IMG/VR virus record: IMGVR_UViG_3300013383_000004
Coordinates: 1 to 64,000 of that record
DNA: 64,000 nucleotides
Reading direction: 5' to 3' (one strand)
DNA from: a virus
Lineage: Duplodnaviria; Caudoviricetes
Part shown: in pieces, positions 21,026 through 28,357 of the stretch
Position numbering within the stretch: position 1 is the first letter of the stretch
Layout of the letters: each line of letters begins with the position of its first letter
Notes under the pieces: model-generated
The model's input: the letters and a program-made list of their open reading frames with translations, nothing else
Databases searched by the model: none
Told to the model about the DNA's origin: nothing
Program-made: the position numbers and the translations under genes

Positions 21026-22197
21026 ATTTTTATATCTTTATAATTATCTACGACATGAATGAATTGAGGATTATAATTTTCTAACATGTTTTTTACTAAC
21101 TCTTCTTCTCTAGTATCTTTAAAATAAGGAATTATAAGAATAGGTTCTTTGTGTCTAAGTAATCTACCCATTCTTTGTTTTATAATAGTTTCAGAACTAT
21201 TTAAATTAGCATAAATACCTATTTGACAATCTACTAAGTTCATACCCTCATTAAGGATGTTACAGGCAGTGATATGATTTATTTTGTACTCATTAAATAA
21301 TTTAAGATTAATTACAGAGTCTTTATTTTTACTATTAATACAATATTCCCCCAGCTTTTCTGTTTGCTCTATACTATTACAAAATATCAAAGTTCTGCAC
21401 TTATCAAAATAGCATAACATTTTTTGTATATAAGAAACTTTTTTATCACTTAACCATCTTAATCTATTATTACACAATCTAAGCCACTTATGTTTAGCTA
21501 TTTCACTTCTTCCTCTTAAATATTTTGTTTTCCAAAACTCAATCTGTCTATTTAAATCAATTAAGTATTGTTTTTGAGTACAATATATTTTTATAGGATA
21601 TTGCTTTTGCTTTAAATAATTCCACCTTGTAGCCCATGATGTTTCTATAACTCTGCCTTTACTCCTTGTATTTTTTAGTATAGTTTCTGTAGGTATTGAA
21701 TTACCTAAATGCAAAGGTAATAAATAAACTTGAGGATCAGGTAAAATATCATTATCAATAGCATTTCTAAGAGTTTTTTTATAAACAATTAATCCTTTAA
21801 ATGTCTTTTTTAACTCTTCTTTTAAAAACTTACCTACTGTAGCGGATAGTAGAATACTGTATTTAATATTAAAATTAGACAATGCCTTTCTACATCTTTC
21901 TGATAAATGATGACTTTCATCAAATATACAAACATCATAGTTACCTGCATACTTAGGTAAAGAAACATAAGTTGTCATAGTTATATTAACATCCCTATCT
22001 TTCCACCATTTATTAAATTCTTCCTCCCAATTTTGTTTATGTACTATTCTATTAACTACTAATAAAATATTTTTAGCTTTAAGTTGTTTTATTTTCTCAA
22101 TAGCTATTTTTGATTTCCCAAATCCTGTAGGCAGCTCTAATAACCAGTTATTACCTTTGAGAGAAAGAATCTCTTGTAATATATCTTCTCTTGTCAT
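21022..22197 (-). CDS. superfamily 2 helicase
   Basis: PTGFGKS, DESH, LSAT, EGMN, QRMGR. Confidence 0.9.
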   Translation of the reverse strand: MTREDILQEILSLKGNNWLLELPTGFGKSKIAIEKIKQLKAKNILLVVNRIVHKQNWEEEFNKWWKDRDVNITMTTYVSLPKYAGNYDVCIFDESHHLSERCRKALSNFNIKYSILLSATVGKFLKEELKKTFKGLIVYKKTLRNAIDNDILPDPQVYLLPLHLGNSIPTETILKNTRSKGRVIETSWATRWNYLKQKQYPIKIYCTQKQYLIDLNRQIEFWKTKYLRGRSEIAKHKWLRLCNNRLRWLSDKKVSYIQKMLCYFDKCRTLIFCNSIEQTEKLGEYCINSKNKDSVINLKLFNEYKINHITACNILNEGMNLVDCQIGIYANLNSSETIIKQRMGRLLRHKEPILIIPYFKDTREEELVKNMLENYNPQFIHVVDNYKDIKI

Positions 22198-22723
22198 CTT
22201 CTTCTTTTTGTTTTACTATTTTTCTTAATAATTTTGTATACCTCTCACTCTCTGCATAATTTATTTTCTCCAAGAAAGTGTAATAGTCATTAGGATATTT
22301 ATAATTCTTTTGAATCCATTTTTTATATGCTATTATACTTTCTGTCCAATGATTAAACTTATAATAGCTGTTTGTTTTACTATTATATAATCCAAAAAGA
22401 TTATTATGTTTTATACATACTTTAGATTTAAAGTTTCCTGTTTCTAGTATAGCTTGTGCATAAACAATATTTTTATGTTTTATATCATAGTAAATCAGTG
22501 CTTCCTCTAAACCTTCTTCAGGAGATTGATAAAAGAATTTAGGTATAGTATTTATTGATGCAGTATCTATTTGTTTTTTATTGATAGTATCAATAATTTT
22601 TACAGTATCTTTTGTTTTTATAGTTTTTGGTACTGTTTTTTTAGTTTGTAGTAGTAATATTGCTATTACACTCCAAGGTATTATTGATATTACTGTGACT
22701 AATACTTTTATTTTATTTTTCAT
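22151..22723 (-). CDS. membrane-anchored glucosaminidase (GH73) peptidoglycan hydrolase
   Basis: N-terminal TM; AQAILETG, NNLFG, YA...Y. Confidence 0.85.
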   Translation of the reverse strand: MKNKIKVLVTVISIIPWSVIAILLLQTKKTVPKTIKTKDTVKIIDTINKKQIDTASINTIPKFFYQSPEEGLEEALIYYDIKHKNIVYAQAILETGNFKSKVCIKHNNLFGLYNSKTNSYYKFNHWTESIIAYKKWIQKNYKYPNDYYTFLEKINYAESERYTKLLRKIVKQKEEDDKRRYITRDSFSQR

Positions 22724-22914
22724 ATTGTAAATAGGTGTATATAAGTTCTTATTTTTTCTTGATTATGATACTTGTAATACCATAATACAATCTTATATTT
22801 CCTATCTTCAATTATTATATCTATAAATGGTTTAAAATACTTTTGTAAAGATAGGATTATCACGAATATTATAGAAATTATTATAAATATTTTCATATAG
22901 CATAATTTTAAGAC

Positions 22915-22954
22915 AAAAAAGAAAGCTAAGCAAGATATAACCTTGCAAAGCTTT
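22915..22954 (-). terminator. intrinsic terminator
   Basis: AAAGCT..GCAAG/CTTGC..AGCTTT stem with U-tract on the minus strand. Confidence 0.55.
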
Positions 22955-22964
22955 GCTTTGTTAA

Positions 22965-23363
22965 TTAATCATCAAGAATAAAAAAGTAAAAATCAGTAGC
23001 CCCAGCATCATGAGCTATAAGTTCACAATGCTTTTTAATTCTTGCTTCTTCTGACATATTACTCCAAATTGTAATAGGGTTGCCATTTCTTTTAGCTATT
23101 ATCTTATTATATTTTGGAGTTGTAGGTGTTTTAAGCATATAATCATATGCTTCTTGAGACATTTTTAATACCTGTTTTGCAGGTTTTGATTTTCTTGTCT
23201 CAAATGAAATAGTCTTAGTTTTATATCTTTTTTCTTCTTCATCAAAAGTTCTAAAACTAAGGTAGTTCATGTCATTTAATTCTGGTTTGTTTTCAGCCGC
23301 CTGCTGGCTTATCATAACACCTCCTGGAAGTGTCATGACAAGGCTTAATTTTGGTTCTGTCAT
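22965..23363 (-). CDS. hypothetical protein
   Basis: 132 aa ORF. Confidence 0.65.
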   Translation of the reverse strand: MTEPKLSLVMTLPGGVMISQQAAENKPELNDMNYLSFRTFDEEEKRYKTKTISFETRKSKPAKQVLKMSQEAYDYMLKTPTTPKYNKIIAKRNGNPITIWSNMSEEARIKKHCELIAHDAGATDFYFFILDD

Positions 23364-23366
23364 AAT

Positions 23367-23570
23367 TTATTTAATTAAATCTTCCCATAAATAGGCTTCA
23401 AATTCACGTTTGAGTTCCATTTCAGCTTGTTTTGCTTCATCCAAATATATTTTTAAGAAATATGAGCATTCATTAAAGTTTTCAATATTTCCATCAAACT
23501 CTAAATAAAGCCATTTTTCACAATATTTTATTGCCTCTTGTTGTTTTTTTGTTGCTTTTCTTGTCCTCAT
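23367..23570 (-). CDS. hypothetical protein
   Basis: 67 aa ORF. Confidence 0.55.
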   Translation of the reverse strand: MRTRKATKKQQEAIKYCEKWLYLEFDGNIENFNECSYFLKIYLDEAKQAEMELKREFEAYLWEDLIK

Positions 23571-23736
23571 AGTTAATTTGATAATAAAGATAGTAAATCT
23601 TCAGTAGTATATTCTACTTTATTTATATCTTTTGATTGATAATATAATTTAATAACCTCTGTAACTTCTTTATTTAATAAAGAGTTATTTATTGCAAAGT
23701 GATATAGTTCTTTTATAGTCATAACTATTAATATTG

Positions 23737-23810
23737 TACACCCAGTGAGACTCGAACTCACAACCCTCAGTTTAGAAGACTGATGCTCTATCCAGTTGAG
23801 CTATGGGTGT
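23737..23810 (-). tRNA. tRNA-Arg(UCU)
   Basis: ACACCCA/TGGGTGT acceptor, TCAGT-CTTCTAA-ACTGA anticodon arm, GTGAG-TTCGAGT-CTCAC T arm. Confidence 0.95.
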
Positions 23811-23817
23811 TTTATAA

Positions 23818-24120
23818 TTATATAGTTTCTATATTATAAAATTTAGCATACTTAAAATTAAACTTAAACCCTTCAGGAAATTCTTTAAAGAATTTATCGG
23901 CTTCTTCCTCATTGCAACACCAATCTAAAATAGCGTTTTTTATATCAATGGAGCCTTTAATTATCATATTATCTTCTCCTTTTTTTGCTTTAGAGATAAA
24001 GAAATTTTCATCTCTGGTAAAGTCTTTTAAATATAATTTTAAAGCATAATATTTCTTTAAAATGTAATCCATGTTTAAGTTTGTTATTGTAACTCCTAAG
24101 AAAATTGTTGATTCTTTCAT
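23818..24120 (-). CDS. hypothetical protein
   Basis: 100 aa ORF between tRNAs. Confidence 0.55.
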   Translation of the reverse strand: MKESTIFLGVTITNLNMDYILKKYYALKLYLKDFTRDENFFISKAKKGEDNMIIKGSIDIKNAILDWCCNEEEADKFFKEFPEGFKFNFKYAKFYNIETI

Positions 24121-24151
24121 CTTGTTTTATTTTTTAATCTTGTTAAACTTG

Positions 24152-24225
24152 TGGACCAATAGGGACTTGAACCCTAAACCTTCACATTATGAGTGTGCTG
24201 CTCTAACCATTTGAGCTATAGGTCC
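24152..24225 (-). tRNA. tRNA with CAU anticodon (Ile2 or Met)
   Basis: GGACCTA/TTGGTCC acceptor, loop CTCATAA, TAGGG-TTCAAGT-CCCTA. Confidence 0.9.
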
Positions 24226-24233
24226 TATGAGTA

Positions 24234-24455
24234 TTATTTAATATTAATTAAGTTGTTAAACCAATAATAACCACTTAATATAATAAATTCTCTTTTATTG
24301 ATAAAGGCTGTACAGATGGATATGAACAGAGTATTTATTGCTATTATACTTAAAAGAGTAAGAAAACTTACATTGTTTATACAAATAGATAGCATAAATA
24401 TTATAGCTGTAATCCATAAGAAGATACCTTTTATTGCTAATTTTATAGTTTTCAT
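24234..24455 (-). CDS. small membrane protein
   Basis: 73 aa, two hydrophobic segments. Confidence 0.55.
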   Translation of the reverse strand: MKTIKLAIKGIFLWITAIIFMLSICINNVSFLTLLSIIAINTLFISICTAFINKREFIILSGYYWFNNLINIK

Positions 24456-24603
24456 TGTTTTTTCTTGTTAAAATAATAAATAAATGTATGTAAACTAAGC
24501 CACAAAATGAATAAAATGATTAAAAAGTTTGCAGCTTCTATGAGATAATTTATGAGAAAATCTAACATTATAGTAAGTTAAAACAGTAAAAAGAGTTATA
24601 ATT

Positions 24604-24633
24604 AAAAGAGGGAGAGTTAAATACTCCCTCTTT
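24604..24633 (-). terminator. intrinsic terminator
   Basis: AAAGAGGGAG/CTCCCTCTTT stem just after 24641. Confidence 0.75.
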
Positions 24634-24640
24634 GTTATGC

Positions 24641-24949
24641 TTAAAGGCCGAGGGAAACGATTTCCCAACTATCCTGACCAGCCTTACATAGCTTATAGCT
24701 CCCACTGGCTAACTCAACTACCTGTAAATCATCCTTTTGTGCTGCAATTTGTTTAGGAGTCAGTTCTCCTAAATTACTGCTAAATCCTACAAAAGTAACA
24801 TCATCTCCTCTTTGAAAAACACAGCTCTTGAAAGCCTCTCCAGTCTCACTGTTCACAAAAGAGCCTACCTTCATGATACCATTGGCCTTAGCAAAGCTAA
24901 TAAGACTCCAAGAATCAACTATTCCATTATCCATGATAATAAAAGCCAT
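24641..24949 (-). CDS. small early protein, paralogue A1 (start may be ATG 24934)
   Basis: Strong similarity to 26579..26920 (GIV.SWSLISFA, GEAFKSC, FSSNLGELTP, LQVVEL, GSYKLCK). Confidence 0.85.
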   Translation of the reverse strand: MAFIIMDNGIVDSWSLISFAKANGIMKVGSFVNSETGEAFKSCVFQRGDDVTFVGFSSNLGELTPKQIAAQKDDLQVVELASGSYKLCKAGQDSWEIVSLGL

Positions 24950-25038
24950 TTCAGACTTGCTGTATAAACTAAGGTGTTATACTACCCAGCTGCAATATTA
25001 CATTAGATTACCAGAAACAGCTAACTTCCAAATAATCT
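24947..25038 (-). ncRNA. structured 5' leader (pseudoknot plus hairpin), copy 1
   Basis: Compensatory changes versus copy 2 in three helices. Confidence 0.65.
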
Positions 25039-25060
25039 TATTATTATCAAACTATAGGTG

Positions 25061-25077
25061 GAGTTCTGTTTAGATTA
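25061..25077 (-). promoter_or_regulatory. repeated motif TAATCTAAACAGAACTC (candidate early promoter)
   Basis: Identical copy at 25604-25620; variants at 27048 and 27823. Confidence 0.55.
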
Positions 25078-25316
25078 GAGTTAACACAATACAAGCTTAA
25101 TACTAAGCTATTGTGGTGATTAGATTAGTTAGGTTTAAGATACCGACACTTTTAATATAGTCTAACTTTTCTATTCTATGTAATAGTTCACATGATTTAA
25201 ACCCAATAGAGCAGCTCTAAGAAAGAAAAGAACCAAAAGAAAGAAACTATTATTTATTATTAATTTATATATTCCTAAAAGAAAGAAATATATAAAGAAA
25301 GAAAAGGGTTAAAAAT

Positions 25317-25341
25317 AATGCAGAGCACAAAGCCCTGCATT
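25317..25341 (-). terminator. intrinsic terminator
   Basis: AATGCAGAGC/GCCCTGCATT stem, U-rich tail on the minus strand. Confidence 0.65.
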
Positions 25342-25345
25342 ACTC

Positions 25346-25588
25346 TTATTTCCACAACAAGCTATCCAGTTTAGCTTTAGACTCATAGTAATCTTGAGGG
25401 TCAAAAGCATCAACCCAGTCATACTGACTATCTAAAGTATCAAGAAGTTCTTCAGTAGCTTTATTATAAGCATCATAAGCCTCAAGATACTTAACTGATT
25501 TAACTGTAGCAACACTATGCCCTGCTACAAAGCCTGCAATCATACCTAAGACAATAGATAAGATGCAAATAATAAGAGATTTTTTCAT
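25346..25588 (-). CDS. small membrane-anchored protein, paralogue B1
   Basis: N-terminal TM; KYLEAY...LLD.LDS.Y.W.DAFDPQDYY...KLDSL shared with 26285..26512. Confidence 0.85.
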   Translation of the reverse strand: MKKSLIICILSIVLGMIAGFVAGHSVATVKSVKYLEAYDAYNKATEELLDTLDSQYDWVDAFDPQDYYESKAKLDSLLWK

Positions 25589-25603
25589 ATCAAATGATAG
25601 GAA

Positions 25604-25620
25604 GAGTTCTGTTTAGATTA
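25604..25620 (-). promoter_or_regulatory. repeated motif TAATCTAAACAGAACTC
   Basis: Exact copy 15 nt upstream of the B1 start. Confidence 0.55.
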
Positions 25621-25795
25621 GACTTTATAAGTAATTAGATGATTGTTTAGACTATAGATTTTTAAGAGTAAATATTGTTTAGATTAAGGAGTACTTCTAA
25701 ATATTATTTACTCACTTTAGAATCAAAAGGAGTAACATCATCAAGGCTATCTATAATAAGTTTAATTATACCTCTCTTAATATTCCTTTTAATTA

Positions 25796-25829
25796 TTTGG
25801 TTATATCATTTTTTTTACTTACCTTTGCA
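25796..25829 (+). promoter_or_regulatory. Bacteroidota sigma70-type promoter driving an ORF-free region
   Basis: TTTGG...TACCTTTGCA. Confidence 0.75.
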
Positions 25830-26210
25830 CCAGTATACTTAGACTACATAAGTATGGTACAGATGGAATACTAGAATAAGACCTTCTGAAAGTCCCATTT
25901 AGCCTAGGTTTAGGAACTGCAGATATGAAATAATTATCAAACATAGCGGGGAGGTTGAGCCTAACTAAAAAGCTTAGTTATAAAGTCTATTTGCCCACCA
26001 AGTAGTTGTGAAAAGGTAGAGAGTAAAGAGGCCATAGGGGAATAAAAGTCAGCAATGACATAATAAACTCGCGGTAGACTGAAGATTCTAAGCAAGACTT
26101 ACCGAAAATTTTTATAATGTAAGGTAAGTGTGACAGGGGTGTTGCAATCGCTGGAGTATTTCTATGTCTCTTAATTAAAGAGTTAATAAAAGTTAATGCA
26201 ACACCTAAGA
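25830..26210 (+). ncRNA. candidate structured non-coding RNA
   Basis: Promoter upstream, terminator downstream, no ORF, several helices including a GCAA tetraloop. Confidence 0.55.
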
Positions 26211-26250
26211 AATAAAGAGTAACCTGTTAAATCAGTATGTCTTAAATATA

Positions 26251-26286
26251 AAAAAAATAGCAAGACGAATCTTGCTATTGTTTTTT
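26251..26286. terminator. bidirectional intrinsic terminator
   Basis: A-tract, AATAGCAAGA/TCTTGCTATT stem, T-tract. Confidence 0.75.
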
Positions 26287-26512
26287 ACATAAGGGAATCA
26301 AGTTTCTCATTATATATATAGTAATCTTGGGGGTCAAATGCGTCAGTCCAAGAGTACTTACTATCAAGAGAATCTAAGAGAGTTTCAGAGGCTTTATAAT
26401 AATTACCATAAGCCTCAAGGTATTTATTGGCTGTTTTAGTTGCATAGTTATTTCCAGCAACAAAACCTAATATAGAACCTAATATTAATGAAAGGATTAT
26501 TTTCATGTTCAT
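26285..26512 (-). CDS. small membrane-anchored protein, paralogue B2
   Basis: Paralogue of 25346..25588. Confidence 0.85.
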   Translation of the reverse strand: MNMKIILSLILGSILGFVAGNNYATKTANKYLEAYGNYYKASETLLDSLDSKYSWTDAFDPQDYYIYNEKLDSLM

Positions 26513-26542
26513 TTAGAATTTCAAGTTCATTTAGAATTTCAA
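26507..26542. repeat. 18-bp tandem duplication GTTCATTTAGAATTTCAA x2
   Basis: Exact direct repeat over the B2 translation start region. Confidence 0.85.
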
Positions 26543-26545
26543 GAT

Positions 26546-26572
26546 AAAAAGGGGAGCTCATGCTCCCCCTTT
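26546..26572 (-). terminator. intrinsic terminator
   Basis: GGGGAGC-TCAT-GCTCCCC with U-tract on the minus strand. Confidence 0.8.
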
Positions 26573-26578
26573 GTCATT

Positions 26579-26920
26579 TTAGAGTCCCAGGTCAACGTCT
26601 TCCCAGGAGCTATTGCCCTGCTTGCAGAGTTTATAGCTGCCCGTTTCAAGTTCCACGACCTGTAATTCGTCTTTAAGGTCAGCAATCTCTTGAGGAGTCA
26701 GCTCTCCCAGATTGCTACTGAAGGAGACAAGAGTCACCTCCCCTCCATCAACAAATGCACAGGACTTGAAAGCTTCCCCCGTTTGACTGTTTACAAAGGG
26801 GGCAACTTTCATTTGCCCATGCATTCTTGCAAAACTAATAAGACTCCAAGAATTGACAATCCCTACACTCTGTGTTTGAGGCTCTTGTGCTTGTTGTCTT
26901 TTAGCTTTAACGTTTCTCAT
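26579..26920 (-). CDS. small early protein, paralogue A2
   Basis: Paralogue of 24641..24949. Confidence 0.85.
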   Translation of the reverse strand: MRNVKAKRQQAQEPQTQSVGIVNSWSLISFARMHGQMKVAPFVNSQTGEAFKSCAFVDGGEVTLVSFSSNLGELTPQEIADLKDELQVVELETGSYKLCKQGNSSWEDVDLGL

Positions 26921-26930
26921 AATTTTTCCT

Positions 26931-27024
26931 CATTTCAGAGGCACTGCATGAATTAAGGCATCATGCTATCCTGCTGCATTACTATTATTTAGATAATTAA
27001 GAACAGCAAGCTCTTAAGTTATCT
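26931..27024 (-). ncRNA. structured 5' leader (pseudoknot plus hairpin), copy 2
   Basis: Covaries with copy 1. Confidence 0.65.
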
Positions 27025-27047
27025 TTTCAATTATCAATAAATAAGAA

Positions 27048-27063
27048 GAGTTCTGTTTGATTA
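27048..27063 (-). promoter_or_regulatory. motif variant TAATC-AAACAGAACTC
   Basis: 1-nt deletion variant, same spacing to the leader as at 25061. Confidence 0.5.
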
Positions 27064-27104
27064 AAAAGAAAGGGCAAGAAGACTGGTGTCTTCTCACTCT
27101 AAGC

Positions 27105-27383
27105 TTAGATGTCTGATGGAATACTATGTATTTCACAGTAATCTACGATAATACCATCATAGCAAAAATCACCCCACTCTTCATAGGGTTCACCACATTC
27201 AGTTGTTCCCCAATGACAGCAATTAAATGCCTTAAACAGTTTATTCTGTGCATACAGAATATATACATACTCAGCATGATAGTCTCCACCATTCTGAATA
27301 ACATCCAACACTACAGCCTTAATAGGCTTTTCTACATTAGGCACTTTAATTTTAATGATAGTGCCCTTTTCAACCTTTTCCAT
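27105..27383 (-). CDS. hypothetical early protein
   Basis: 92 aa ORF. Confidence 0.65.
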   Translation of the reverse strand: MEKVEKGTIIKIKVPNVEKPIKAVVLDVIQNGGDYHAEYVYILYAQNKLFKAFNCCHWGTTECGEPYEEWGDFCYDGIIVDYCEIHSIPSDI

Positions 27384-27440
27384 AATTATTTATTTTTTAA
27401 GTAGTATAGAGTTAGTGCTCTACACTACTTGTTATACATG

Positions 27441-27782
27441 TCACCACTCACCTTTTAAAGTAGCAATGAGTTCTTCTCTCACATAGGCAGGAAGTTCTAC
27501 ACCATAAGCTTCATCAGTAAGCATACCCAGTGTGAGTACAAAGGTGTTAGTTACCTCATTAATAGTGCCTACTGTGAAGTATGTATTATAGCCATCTACA
27601 AGGATAAATTCTCCCTCTTTAGGTACAGCATAGCCATTAAACTCTACCATATCACCCTGAAAGCAAGCTGTACTATTCAATGGGTCATCAAAGTGATACA
27701 TCATAAAGTCTTTTAACTCATCACAGTTGTTGAGATACTCAAGAGTTGGAATGTTATCTACTGTTGTTGCTGTTGTTGCCAT
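27441..27782 (-). CDS. hypothetical acidic early protein (first gene of the left arm)
   Basis: 113 aa, D/E-rich. Confidence 0.7.
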   Translation of the reverse strand: MATTATTVDNIPTLEYLNNCDELKDFMMYHFDDPLNSTACFQGDMVEFNGYAVPKEGEFILVDGYNTYFTVGTINEVTNTFVLTLGMLTDEAYGVELPAYVREELIATLKGEW

Positions 27783-27822
27783 AATGTTTAATTTTTAAGT
27801 GTTAATGTTCAAAATTATGTAG

Positions 27823-27839
27823 GAGTCATATTTAGATTA
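27823..27839 (-). promoter_or_regulatory. motif variant TAATCTAAATATGACTC inside a 9-bp inverted repeat
   Basis: 14/17 match; TGTAGGAGT (27818-26) / ACTCCTACA (27842-50). Confidence 0.5.
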
Positions 27840-28012
27840 AAACTCCTACAAATGACCCATGGGGGAATATCCCCATTGTCAAAGGCTGGGTGGGGTGTTG
27901 GTTAGATTATCCCCCATCTTCACCTCTATTTCATTTTAAAAAAAATAAAATAAAAATTAAATTTATAATTATAATAATTTATTAATAGTATTATTACAAT
28001 TATATAATATAG

Positions 28013-28046
28013 TTTGGTAGTTACAATTATTGTTTGTAACTTTGCA
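28013..28046 (+). promoter_or_regulatory. Bacteroidota sigma70-type promoter starting the right arm
   Basis: TTTGG...TAACTTTGCA. Confidence 0.75.
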
Positions 28047-28090
28047 CCAGTGAATAAGAAATATACTATAAACATATAATCTCTGATTAT

Positions 28091-28357
28091 ATGAAGTGGT
28101 TATTAAAATTAATACAGAATAATACTGGCATCAGCTCAAAGAATTTTTTCTTAGTAGCTGTTACAATAGTAGGAATATTATTATTGATAGTCCCTATTAT
28201 AGTGTTAATAATAGAAGTTATTAATACAAAAACTATACATACTGACCTTCATGGCATGGCAGCATATATAGGTTCAGTAGCAGGAATATTTGCTTCAGCA
28301 GGAATAACTAAAGCATGGTCAGAGAAATATGAAAAAAAGAATAAACCAACATTATAA
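28091..28357 (+). CDS. two-TM membrane protein (holin-like)
   Basis: Two hydrophobic helices, charged C-terminus. Confidence 0.65.
   Translation: MKWLLKLIQNNTGISSKNFFLVAVTIVGILLLIVPIIVLIIEVINTKTIHTDLHGMAAYIGSVAGIFASAGITKAWSEKYEKKNKPTL

Noticed and set aside
23573-23761. 62-aa ORF as given in the track
   Set aside because: Its 5' end lies inside tRNA-Arg; at most a shorter ORF from the internal Met is real
23737-23810. Possible amber suppressor (CTA within the anticodon loop)
   Set aside because: The 7-nt loop CTTCTAA centres on TCT, so it is Arg
24947-27024. Leader RNA as a pistol or hammerhead ribozyme, or a type III antitoxin repeat
   Set aside because: The pistol-like P2 pairing is present in one copy only, there is no CUGANGA/GAAA core and no tandem repeats; left unclassified
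25061-27839. Repeated 17-mer as a CRISPR-like array
   Set aside because: Copies are hundreds of bases apart and separated by whole genes; no cas genes or regular spacers
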